DNA from: Macrostomum hystrix
Lineage: Eukaryota > Animalia > Platyhelminthes
NCBI GenBank assembly: GCA_950097015.1
Contig: CATNEN010000007.1
Span: forward strand, 6,448,001-6,512,000
Reading direction: 5' to 3'
Length of the DNA stretch: 64,000 nt
Shown: piece by piece, positions 1 to 12,100 of the stretch
Numbering within the stretch: position 1 is the stretch's first letter
Layout: every line of letters starts with the position of its first letter
Made by a program: the position numbers and the translations under genes
Notes under the pieces: generated by a model
What the model saw: the letters and a program-made list of their open reading frames with translations, nothing else
Told to the model about the DNA's origin: nothing
The model's database searches: none

Positions 1-3000
1 TCCAGGTTCTTCAGCAGCTGGAGCGGGGCGCTCACCCCCATGCCCGTGATGGTGCTGTGCGAGGTCTCGGCGCCGAATCGCCTCACAACAATGTCAACCC
101 GCGGCTCCAACGCCTTCTGTTTCAGGTCCTCCTGGTCGGAGGTGATGTCCACACCGACAGTTTGCCTGCGCAGCCTTCGACGACGAATGTCTAGGCCGGG
201 CGCCTTCGACGCTCCGAAAAATGCATCTAAAATGTTGTAAACGTCGTGCGCTCCATCGTCGATGCCTTCAATGCGCAGTCCGACCTCCAGGGCGTTGACC
301 CAGCGGCCGCGGCTCGGGTCGATCAGCGTCACGTTCAGGCCGATGTAGCGCGGAATGGCGGACTGGGCCGAGAAAACAACAGATGCTTCAACGCTTCCGC
401 CCATGGCCCAGGAGGGGCTGTAATGCTGCACCCGCCAGGCGCTGGAGTACTGACGCACACTCAGCCTGTCGAGGGCCTCCCACACACCCGGCGCTGCCGC
501 GGACGCCTGTCGTAGCAGCTTTGCGGCCGTCTCGATTGTCTCTTTCTCCAGCAGGGGATCGCTTCCGGCGCTGGCCAGTCCGGCCAGGTGGAAGCGGACG
601 AACAGCTGCACCTGCCGATCCTCGTTCGGGCTGGTCAGTAGCCGCTGTAGGGCAGCTCGGAGCTGCACAGACTGCGGACCAGTGTGGCCCAGACCGGAGG
701 CCAGGCTCTGGTAGGCAGCGATGCGGAGCTCAGCGTCCCAGCTCGAGTTAGACAGCAGGCCGACCAAGCTGGCGATCGTCTCCGGCTGCCGCTGCCAGTC
801 GTCGAATCGGCGCAGCGACTTCAGAGCGAAAGCGCGGTGGACCGGCGCCAGGCGGGGGTTGGCGGCGCAGGCGATCAGCGCGGCGGCGCCGCCTCTGACA
901 CGACCCATGTTGCCGACTGCGAGCAGGGCAACAAAAGCGGCGTCAACGTGCCGACTGCCGACTTCCAGAAGTCTGCAGGCCTCGGTGGAGACCAACTTGT
1001 CCGAGAAGAATTCCACAACGCGCTTAACAGGCTGCTCCGAGGCGCTGTCCGGGCGCTCCAAGCAGATTCTGTAGACCAGGTCGCCAAGGGCCAGCGCCTC
1101 CTCCTGCCAGACGCCGCGGCTGCTGCGTTTTATGACAAAATCCTGGCAATTTTATACCGGAACTATGACAAGGGTGTTTTTCTGCGCAGGATTAGTTCAT
1201 CCAGACCTACAACGTATCAAAAATTTAACCCCTAAACGCATTTCAAGTTAAACTATAAATTTAAAAGGTGATTATGACTTTTGTGGTTTTAAAGGTTGTA
1301 CAATTGAAATGCAATCTGGCAGATAGTACCATAACTGATTAGATTCTATTTTTAGTTCATCCGAGCTCAGTCGAAAGCTGCGGAACAAAAGGCTGGATTA
1401 TTTCATAGATTATGACCCGGACTTATCGTCGTACGAACTGGGGCAGGGTTTGTGGCGAAGAAGATGATCAGGTGACACGAAGTTCCCCTGGAAATAAGCC
1501 AGCCGGCTGTCTCTATGCCATGCTGTCTTCTCAGAAAATGAAATATTAAAAAACGCCGGGACGAGACGATTTTACCTGCGCCCAGTTAGAATCAAGGTCA
1601 CAAGCTGTTTGAGGGTTTGTTTTTCTAGTCTTCGAGCCAAGAATGCTCTAGTTACCTGTTCCTGCTTTACCTGTAAAGCAGCTTAGAGCACCTATTTTCT
1701 CTGCTGAAGGGAATCTCTCTAAGTTATTTGACACTTCGAAACTGTTTGTTTTTTGCTTGAAAAACTCTAAATCAAAGCTTCAATATTGCTAGCTTCATGC
1801 ATTCTCGGTTGAAAAAAAGTACACAATACACTTTAGCTTCCTTTCTCCCCGTTTCTTCTCCAGTCGACTCACCAGAATGTTGACCAGCATCTCGGTGGTC
1901 GGGTGGCGCAGCTGCGTCAGCACGTTTGCGGACCAGGAGTTCCGCTCGCTGAGAATCTGCTGGAGCATCAGCTGCACCGCTGGTTGCGTGCCTGCGGCTG
2001 GCACCGCTGAGCGGACGATCGACCTGGACGGCGAGCGTGGTACTGAATGGAATCGACCCAAGAAACTGCAGAATGGAATCAACCCAAGAAACCACGGAAT
2101 GGAATCGAATCAACAAGCCACTGAATGGAATCGACCCAAAAACCACTGAATGAAATCGACCCAAGAAACCGCGAAATGGAATCGACCCAAGAAACCGCGA
2201 AATGGAATCGAATCAACAAGCCACTGAATGGAATCGACCCAAAAACCACTGAATGAAATCGACCCAAGAAACCGCGAAATGGAATCAACTCAACAAGCTA
2301 CTGAATGGAATCGATCCAAGAAACCACTGAATGGAATCGACCTAAGAAACTGCTAAATGGAATCGATACAATGAATAAAATATCTTTGGCCGAGTAACAA
2401 CTAATTGGAATCCGCTGAAAAACGGTGTACGGAATCTACTTAAAAAAAGAAACAAAAAAAATATGTTTTGCGACTACTTTGAACCCTTGATGCAGAATTG
2501 TCTGTCGCTGGCCACCGTCACCAAAGGATTATTACTAAAGGTAATCGAACCCAAGTGAGGTCTCACATGAGCGCCGGGTTCTGGGCGCAGTAGCCTCGCC
2601 GCAGCCTCTGGTAGATTTTAATCAGCTCCTGCGGGCTGTCGATCCGCCTCAGCAGGCCAATCAGCCTGGCGAATTTGCCCGGCGTGTGGCGGCTCAGCAA
2701 CTCCGGCTTCGCCTCCCGGCACAGCTCCTTCAGCAGCTCACTGGCTTCTTGCTGCGGGCTAGTGCCTACACCGGCTGCCCGCTCAAGGCATTCGCTGCCG
2801 GCGACGAACGGACTGTTAGCAGTCGGGTTCTGGCACTCGACGCTGCTGCGATGCTCCTGACGAAGATCGGATCGACGAAACGATCTTCGCATCGCCGAGT
2901 TTGCTGCTGGCAGCTCCGCTAGCGGCTGCTCAGACAGGAACTGAAGACGAGTTCGAGTGAGCAGCCGGACGCCGTCGCCCCCGGTTTCCCCAGCCGCTGT

Positions 3001-6000
3001 CGCCGTCGAGGTTGTGCGCTTCTCCTGGCACGTGACATTGTGTGGAATGTCCCGCCGAGCGTCCAGTTCCAGGAGGCAGGCGAGACTGCCGTGGGTGACG
3101 GGCCGGCTGGCCTGAACTCTCTGCGGATTCAGCGGTTTGTGGGATCTTCTCAAACCCGAATCTTCTCAAACCCGAATCTTCTCAAACCCGAATCTTCTCA
3201 AACCTGAATTTTTCCGAAAACCGAATCTTCTCAAAACCAGATTAAAGTTGATTATCGAAAACAGCTAAAAGCTTCACAAGAATGTGGGTTCATTAGCCTG
3301 TTTTGCTTGGTGCACGATTGCTTTTGGGATGTCAAAACAGAAGATGGGAAACACAAATTGGGAGTTTCCTATTTCGAGCTAATTCTCGAAAAATTAGCCC
3401 AACATGGAAGCGGCCCAAGCGGAAGCTGCAAGTTAAAATGGGACGATATTTAACCAGACCCTCGGGTTGGTGCCTTGTTCTCTGAAAAATAAGAAAAATT
3501 CATCCCCTACGATACTTCTTCTTTTCCGCTAGCTTTGATTTTAACGTAAATAATTGATTTCGTATTTTAATTAAACTCCAAGCACTCGACTAAGCCTAGT
3601 TTCCTTTTAAAGCAAAGGAAATTGTTGACATGCTTGATTTGCTACAATTTAATGTTATGTTTGTACTTATAAATTGTGCGCGGCAAACTATAGAAAAATT
3701 CGCATGATACAAAACACGCTTTCTAAAATAACTGCCCTTCTTAAAGTAAACTTTCGTTGCTATTTAGGAAACAGAGAATAGACATTAAATGAAAAATGAC
3801 AAAACGACAAACCCCCCAACCTAAAATTGTTCAAGCAAATAATTGCAGGACAGGCACCAAAAAAACAAAAAGTATTGAAGCAAACTATTGCTGGAGGACA
3901 GCGACCTACGCTCATAACCGTAAAATTTTCGCAGCCAATCATTGCAGGAGGACAGCCACCCTGCGATAAAACTGTCGTAGCCAATCGTAGATCGAGGACA
4001 AACCACCCAACGCTAAAATCAACGTAGCTAATGATTGCATGCGGACAGCCACCCCTACGCTAAAATCGTCGTAACCAATGATTGCACGAGGACAGCAACC
4101 CCACGCTAAAATTATCGTAACCAATGATTGCACGAGGACAGCAACCCCACGCTAAAAGCATCGTAACCAATGATTGCACGAGGACAGCAACCCCACGTTA
4201 AAATTATCGTAACCAATGATTGCACGAGGACAGCAACCCCACGCTAAAATCATCGTAACCAATGATTGAACGAGGACAGCAACCCCACGCTAAAAGCATC
4301 GTAACCAATGATTGAGCGAGGACAGCAACCCCACGCTAAAATTATCGTAACCAATGATTGCACGAGGACAGCAACCCCACGTTAAAATTATCGTAACCAA
4401 TGATTGCACGAGGACAGCAACCCCACGCTAAAAGCATCGTAACCAATGATTGCACGAGGACAGCAACCCCACGTTAAAATTATCGTAACCAATGATTGCA
4501 CGAGGACAGCAACCCCACGCTAAAATCATCGTAACCAATGATTGAACGAGGACAGCAACCCCACGCTAAAAGCATCGTAACCAATGATTGAGCGAGGACA
4601 GCAACCCCACGCTAAAATTATCGTAACCAATGATTGCACGAGGACAGCAACCCCACGTTAAAATTATCGTAACCAATGATTGCACGAGGACAGCAACCCC
4701 ACGCTAAAATCATCGTAACCAATGATTGAACGAGGACAGCAACCCCACGCTAAAATCATCGTAACCAATGATTGAACGAGGACAGCAACCCCACGCTAAA
4801 ATTATCGTAACCAATGATTGCACGAGGACAGCAACGATTGAACGAGGATAGCCACCCCCAAGCTAAATCGTATCGAATGATTGAAGGAGAACAGCCATCC
4901 CAAACTAAAATTGGTGAAGCCAATTCATGAATCCACGAGACAAACCTCATCTGCGAAGCCCTTCACGCCGTGAACAGGGTAGGCTTCAAATGCGAGTCGG
5001 CGACACCTGGCCAGGTCTTTAGTTTTTAGAAGCTTGTGCGGCTCCGTCGGTGTGTATTCTGTCCAACAGTCGCCATAGATGTCGCGCTATGAAACAGGAA
5101 TTCAAAGTGTTTTATCTGTAGACTTCTTGGTGAAAAATTCAGACCGAAGATCCAAGCTGCTCACCTCCTCAAGCTGCTGTCGCTTTCCCCGCTGTACGGC
5201 GGTCACCTGCAGCTGTGACAGCAGCGCCCGCTTCAGATTGAGGCTCTCTCTAGTCTCACCGTCGCCGTCATCCTCTTCAGCAGCAGGGCAGACCTGCACG
5301 AAGCTGCCCTCGCTATGCCAGACTCGCAGTGGCAGCCGTAGCGCCCGCAGTGTCCGTTCCGGCTCGAGTCGCCGTGCGCCTTTGGTCGCCGCATCGCCGT
5401 CGACTGCGCTGGCATCACGTACGGCGACAGCCAGCTCGCAGCTGGTGAGGACGCGGACTTCAAATATGCCGGTGGAGTTGTGGCCACGTCGCCGGCCGCC
5501 GGGCAGTTCGGTCGCTAGTTCGAATTCTTGCTCAAATCGGTACCGGTAGACTCGGCCGGGCAGGAAGCCCAACCAGTGCGGTGTGGGCGGGCAGGACTTT
5601 GCGCAGCTTGATGCGGCTGCCGAGGCCTCCACCGAGATTGGACCTTTTTAATATGATTTCAATTGTTGCTTTAAAGTGTCGGGGTTGGGTTTGGGTTAGA
5701 CTTGCTATGGCCAAGGCTAAGGCTATGGACAGGTCTGGGATTAGAGTTAGGGCTAGGCTATGGACAGGTCTGGGATTAGAGTTAGGGCTAGGCTAGGGAC
5801 AGGTCTGGGATTAGAGTTAGGGCTAGGCTATGGACAGGTCTGGGATTAGAGTTAGGGCTAGGCTAGGGACAGGTCTGGGATTAGAGTTGGGGCTAGGCTA
5901 TGGACAGGTCTGGGATTAGAGTTAGGGCTAGGCTAGGGACAGGTCTGGGATTAGAGTTAGGGCTAGGCTAGGGACAGGTCTGGGATTAGAGTTAGGGCTA

Positions 6001-6326
6001 GGCTATGGACAGGTCTGGGATTAGAGTTAGGGCTAGGCTATGGACAGGTCTGGGATTAGAGTTAGGGCTAGGCTATGGACAGGTCTGGGATTAGAGTTAG
6101 GGCTAGGCTATGGACAGGTCTGGGATTAGAGTTAGGGCTAGGCTAGGGACAGGTCTGGGATTAGAGTTGGGGTTGGGCCAAGGCTAGGATTAGGGTTAGG
6201 TTTGAATAGTCAAGCCTGCAACTCACCAGCCTCGGACACCAGGAAGCAGCAGCAGGCAGCGGTGCTGAGCAATAGTAGGATGTGCAGCGGAACGCCAGAC
6301 CTCATCCTGATGGACGCCATTCTCAT
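1..6326 (-). CDS. Large lipid transfer protein (vitellogenin/apolipophorin/apoB-like), N-terminal part; runs off the left edge
   Basis: Spliced model: 6326-6227 (signal peptide MRMASIRMRSGVPLHILLLLSTAACCCFLVSEA), 5643-5165 (FLPGRVYRYRFE), 5086-4946 (RDIYGDCWTEY..KTKDLARC), 3120-2567, 2023-1873 (AVPAAGTQPAVQLMLQQI), tentative 1670-1576, and 1122-<1 (LALGDLVYRIC, LLAVGNMG, ELRIAAY, VVFSAQSAIPRYIGLNVTL, NALEVGLRIEG). These are Vitellogenin_N and DUF1943-type motifs. All introns are GT-AG with compatible phases. Confidence 0.85.
2040..2370. repeat. ~26-bp minisatellite (tgaatggaatcgacccaagaaaccac) in LLTP intron
   Basis: Tandem degenerate units seen directly. Confidence 0.9.
3145..3236. repeat. 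16-bp tandem repeat (tcttctcaaacccgaa)
   Basis: About 5 copies seen directly. Confidence 0.85.
3870..4900. repeat. 46-bp minisatellite (gcacgaggacagcaaccccacgctaaaattatcgtaaccaatgatt) in LLTP intron
   Basis: Period 46, homogeneous core with degenerate edges. Confidence 0.95.
5716..6200. repeat. 35-bp minisatellite containing TTAGGG (gctaggctatggacaggtctgggattagagttagg), LLTP intron 1
   Basis: About 13 copies seen directly. Confidence 0.95.
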
Positions 6327-7095
6327 GTCGCCTCACCTTTTTGGTCGTCAATTTCTTTTAGCTTCGACAATGAAAGCAGAATAGTTCCAATCCCAGGAAA
6401 ATGAAATTGCAACTATCGCTCTAGGCCAAAAACTGAAGAGCGCGAAAGCTTTTGACCGGAGAGAACGGACTCAAGCCTTCCATTGGAAAATGAGAATGAG
6501 AGATTGAAGGTGGGTTCAAAGTGAAGAGTTGCTGACCGATAAGCCGCAAGAGTTTTTGTGCACAGAGTCCACGGTGCCAGTTGGGGTGGTTGCATCACAG
6601 TCGGAAACTCAGCCCCGCTTATCTCCGCACTACCTCTCGCCTGCCACCGTCCGACTCCAGTGCTCACAGCTGAGCTCCAAGCGTGCGAGTGTTCTCAAAT
6701 TTGTCTATTTTTCTGCTGATTGTTTGCATTTTTGTGCTATATTTTTTACTAGACCTCAGTTAGCTAGGTTAAAAATTAGAATTCTGTCAAGGCGTCGCGT
6801 GCCTTGCCACACCGATGCGACAGCCAATGTGACACCAGCTGCTAGCAGGCAGTCATGCGCAATGAGACTTCCTAACTTTCTCCCGTGTTTCCATCTCACT
6901 GAATCTGAGTGGTTGTTTTTAGATCTGGTTTAAAGAAAACATTTTTTAAACCGGTTTTAAACCGGTAGTTTTTATTCAGACTTTTTCCGAGATTAGCGCG
7001 CAACATCTACCTGTTATTGGCCATTATAAGGCTGGGATTGCTTTCTTAGGTACCTTTGTTGGCTTTGGATCAAATTTAATTATTAGATTTTTATA

Positions 7096-7395
7096 GGGGA
7101 TTGTAGCCCAGTGGTCAGAGCATCGGACTCACGACTTGAAGGTCGGGGGTTCGATTCCCGACTCCACTGCAACAATTTGTGTCCTTAAGCAAGAAATTCA
7201 ACTCTGCATTGCTTCAGTTCAGCCAGCTGTTGAATGGGTACCAGCATCAGCTGGGGTAATTGAGGGTGGGCGTGGCGCCCCCCCAGTCCATGGACTGAAC
7301 AGCTGTACGCAGCCTTCAGATGCGTCGCGCAATAGCTGCGGCTGTGCTGTCGGCTGCACATCTGGCACAAGTGGGACAATTGTAATAAATAATTC
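7096..7395 (+). mobile_element. tRNA-derived SINE with CORE-like central domain
   Basis: A-box TAGCCCAGTGG and B-box GGTTCGATTCC but no pairable acceptor stem. 7179-7238 (gtgtccttaagcaagaaattcaactc...cttcagtt...ctgttgaatggg) resembles the CORE/MIR consensus. A/T-rich tail. Confidence 0.7.
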
Positions 7396-7967
7396 ACAGT
7401 TCTGAATAGTAGACAGTCACATCGGCCTAAAGCTTGATAATTAATCATTAACATAACTTATTTAGATATATTCGAATCTTGAAATATGCACAATACAGTT
7501 TTAAATCTGTGACAGTGACAGGTGAGGAGATAGAGACCTAGATATGAAAGAGCCTAATTAGATGAGTGAAAAAGCTAAGCATTATTCTCAATTAGACTGA
7601 GACTGTGCAATAGCAAATCAAAGTTTTCAATTTCTGTTAACATCAAATATTGCAAAAATATGTACCTAGAAATTTACAAGCGACGTAAAAAATTAAAATT
7701 GCTGAATGATTGTTTAGCATTATGCATGAAATTTCTAAAAAGCCATTATCATAAATGGTCCATCATTGAACACAATCGTCGCTTCCGGAAAACGAGAATG
7801 CGGTGAGTGAAGCACTGCACAGAGTGCAATAATGCACTGTTGTCGTGCAGTGCAAACTTTGCGCTCCCGCTGCCTCATAGGCCAGCGAGCTCAGAGATCA
7901 GAGTCCAATCCAAGCTTTACCTGTGGCAGGTGAATGTGCTGCAAGTGTGTCAAAGTTTACTAGAAGG

Positions 7968-9195
7968 TCACACAGCCTGAGGCGCCTCCATTGTCGGCAT
8001 GTAGAGCGCGACTCCGACTCCGCCACGCGGCCCGCGACCGTCGAACGAGGATGGAGAGAACGACGAGGAGGACGACGTCGATGAGGAAGTCGATGCGGCT
8101 CCGGCCGAGCCGATGGAACCGCTGGGTGAGCGAGGCCGCCGATGCCGGTGCTGCCTCCGGTGCTGCTGCTGCTGCTGCAGGAAGCTTGGCACGGGCACTG
8201 GGATGACCCGCTGTGAAGGCGGTCTGTTGTCCGGATGCTGTAGCAGCTGGCCATGAAGCTGGTGCTGCTGGCAGCTGAAGCCGGTTGAACTGGTCTGCCC
8301 GGAGCCCTGCTGGGATGCCGGGGTGGCAGCCAGCTCCGCCAGCAACTCCGTGTGCCGCTGCCGCAGCCGGTCGTGCAGACCTCCGGGTGTCGGCCGGAGT
8401 CCGGGCGCCTCGGCCCAGCAGTCGAGGAGGAGGCTGGCAAGGCCGGGCAGGCAGCCGGGCGGGCAGGGCAGCAGCTGGCGCTGGCGAACCAGCTCGATCA
8501 CTTCGCTGTTGGAGTAGCCATAGTAGGGCTGCAGGCCGTGCGACCACATCTCCCAGAGCAGCACGCCGAAGCTGTACACATCGGTCTGGGAGGAGAACTG
8601 GCCGTACAGGATGGCCTCGGGCGGCAGCCAGCGGATGGGCAGCAGGCAGCGGCCCTGAAGTCTGTAGTAGTCGCAGCTGTACAGATCCCTGGCCGCGCCC
8701 AGGTCGCCCAGTTTGCACTGCAGCCCGTCGCCTAAAAGTACATTCCTGGCGGCTACGTCCTTGTGCACAATGCAGCGAGATGCCAGGTACTCCAGCCCGG
8801 CTGCCACCTGGGAGGCCAAGTGCAACAGCTGGACGGAGCTAAGACCCGGCTCGCTGTAGTCCTGCTGCTGCTGCTGCTGCTGTTGCTGCAAGCGGTCACT
8901 GGCCGCCGGACTGTGGAAGATGAGAAACTCGTGCAGGTCGCCATGTGGCAGCGTCTCCTGCAGCTGGGCGAGGGGTGTCTGGCGCAGAGAGGCGCCCAGC
9001 AGGCAGACCAAGTTGGGGTGCCGCAGCTCCCACCTCGCCTGCGTGTCCCTGGCGAACTCGGCCTGCGTGCGGGCGTCCGCCCCGGCGCTGAGGCACTTGA
9101 TGCTCACCGGGGTCAGCGACGTGTCCGAGTACAGGCCGATCAGCTCGCCTCTGTACACCTTGCCGAATGCCGACTCGCCAATCTCGTCACCGAAG
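7968..9195 (-). CDS. Ror: ROR last exon: tyrosine kinase domain plus Gln/Ser-rich tail
   Basis: ORF 7968-9248; acceptor cgcag|C at 9195 joins SQIR to FGDEIGESAFG. Confidence 0.93.
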
Positions 9196-12100
9196 CTGCG
9201 AATGTTTTTGGCAGGATTTTCAACGCAATCACACTTTGAACTTTCCATATTTGGATTTTGTTATCAATGAAATATCGCTTCTGCCTCCGACCTCTGAGTT
9301 TGAAGCCTTGAGCATTATACTCAAATTTGGAATTCCGCATCGGAGCTCTAAGCTGATTTTGCTCATCTTAGGGGAGGTGGGGGACTTACCAGGCCACCCA
9401 GAGACTGCCGTCTCCCTTTTATCCAAGGTTAAACTGCTCAACACTGCTCGGCGCCATTATTATCAGTGCAGGGCGCTAATCTTCCCACCTGCTATATTTA
9501 GACTTCCACGAAGATTTTTGCTTGGTCTAAGCCGATTTTCTCCCGCAGCCTGCAGACTTAACTAAGAGCGTACCAGTTTCCTTGTTATTGCCCTGTTTTC
9601 TCTATTTAAAACATAATTTATTATAGACTATAGTAAAACAAAACAACCACATTTATACCCCCGAGTCTGCGACCGATTTTACTCAATCCTCAGTGTTGAA
9701 ATAAATCTGCTTGTAAAGACCTGTTTTAAAAAACAATCAGCTTATCTGGCTGGCGCCGGGACAAACCTAACCTGACCTTTCCCGGAATCGGGTATGAAAT
9801 CACCCGATTTATTTACAGTGTTATTTACTCATTTATTTACAGTGTTATTTACTCATTTATTTACAGTGTTAGTGGGCTCGAAGTTAAAGAAGCTAAAGAT
9901 ATACGGTTTGGGGTGGGGTGTGCGCATGTACGCTGGGCGACAGGAAGAGGGAAAGAGTTTGAGGGTGGTCAGTGTACAATAAGGGGTAGAGAGACGAGGG
10001 GAGACGCGAGCGCGTGGCGGGATGTGGAGGACTAGAAAGGATTAACAAAGTGAACGATATGGCACCATTACATAAAATCTACTATGCTATGCCGCAGTCT
10101 GGTTCCGAGTGTTGGCAATCTCCTAGTTTGCGGCCTTAAATTATCTTTACATTTTTGCTCACCGGGAGGGTCACAGGGTACTAACTGCTCGAAATGGTTG
10201 AACAGCAATGGTTGAACTGCAAAATCATGCTGTCGTCAATCACAGGCTGCATTTTGTGGGCCCTAAAGACCCCACAGTCCACACCAACACCATCGAGAAT
10301 TGGAGGGATATTGGGCCCATGTCAACCCAAATTCATGGCCACTTCTGATGCCCTATTTGAGAGCCATCTCGACGAAGACTCTTCCAAGACTCTTCGCATG
10401 GAATGCGTTTGGCAACTTTCTACGTAAATTGGCGACAGCACCACTTAGACCAAAAGTTACTAGCTGTGGAATAGCTGTGTGCCTGCGGCTGTGTCACGAT
10501 TTTACATCTGGCCTAACTGGGCATAATTTCCCTCGGTATATCGAGTTGCTCACCGGATCTGACTTAGTGAGAATTCCCTGACTTGAACTGGCTGTGACAA
10601 CAGGCTCTGTTGCTGCTGCTGTTGCTGCCTGTTGCGCTTCAACTCGCCCGGTGTCGATGGGGGCACCGGTGGCATGGGAGACGTCGCGGCCGCGATGATT
10701 AGCTGGCGTTTCACCAGGCCGGTATAGCCTCCGCCTGGTTCGCCGCCGGGGCCTCCCAGACTGTGCGGCGAACCGCCTGAGGCAGACGCGGCCGCCGCCG
10801 CCCGCCGGCAAAAGCAGCAGCCGAGCAGGGTGGCGACAGCCAAGCAGGCGAGGGCGCCCAGTGACACGAACACCGGCAGCATTTCGCGGACTGACATCGG
10901 CGGCGGTGTTGCAGCGCCGGCAGCCTCCTTCCCGCGCCGCTTGCCGCCATAGCCGCCATCTACGGAGGGTCGAAGTCGAATTTACGTTAAAATTTTTGCA
11001 AAGCACTATTTTGCTACTTTAAGTAGAAATGCAAGATTGCTCCCATCTTTTTAGAATTTCTAGCTAAATGCAAGCAAGCCAAATCCCACACCCAGCTAGT
11101 ACAGCTCCTCACCTCCGCAAAGCGGAACAACGCAATCTTCGCGTTCTCCCGTCTCGCTAACGAAGCACCACGGCGCGATGCCTTCGCCGCCAAGGCCGTC
11201 GCTGCCGACGCCACCGCCGCCACGGCACCAGTTTCTGTGCCCGGCCAGTCCACCGTAGCCCGGAAATCCGGCCCAGGGGAGGCAGGCGCGGCCGGACCTG
11301 CCAGCGGCGACCCGACCTGCGTAGCTCCAAGGCTGCGTGGCGTTGTAGCAGTCGACAGTGTCCATGGAAGTTGACGACGAGGGCTGTTGAGGTGGCTGCT
11401 TTGGTAGCGGCTGCGGTCCAGCCGGTGGCAGCGTCGGCTGTGGCAGGGCCTGCATAAAGACGCAGCGATCCGTGGGCAGCGAATCGCAGTCGGGCAGCAG
11501 CTGGGCGAGGTCTGTGAAGGTTGAAGGTAAGATCTTGATCCAAACATCCCATATCCCAACATCCCATATCCCAACATCCCATATCCCAACATCCCATATC
11601 CCAACATCCCATATCCCAACATCCCATATCCCAACATCCCATATCCCAACATCCCATATCCCAACATCCCATATCCCAACATCCCATATCCCAACATCCC
11701 ATATCCCAACATCCCATATCCCAACATCCCATATCCCAACACCCCATATCCCAACATCGAACTCTGACCAGAGCTGTCTGAGCCGCTTCCCCGTCTCAAA
11801 TAGTCAAGGCTGGTGCGCAGGATTTCTAAGTGTCGCCTGCACCGGCCGCCGACAGCCGAGCGACAGTCGGCAGCGCACAGCCGCCTCGGCGAAGCAGTTC
11901 CGGCCGACAGTCCTTCGGGGTCGAGCGGCGGTGAGTCTTCCGAGCACAGCGGGAAGTTGTAGTGGCAGATGGCCTGCGTGAGAGGCTGCACGCAGTTTGG
12001 CTCTACAATGTCGGCCAGCTTGGCTAGGACTGGGTGAGATAAATGGTGAGTCGATATGTATTAAAAAATGCGAACATGCTGTAAACCAGGGGTCGGCAAA

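Noticed and set aside
7096-7170. Functional tRNA gene (also 41312-41389 on the minus strand)
   Set aside because: Acceptor and anticodon stems pair poorly and the sequence continues into a SINE body and tail.
11014-11991. 325-aa ORF with MLGYG repeats inside ROR
   Set aside because: The repeat is intronic (donor 11768, acceptor 11512). Splicing restores the CRD cysteines and the Kringle frame.
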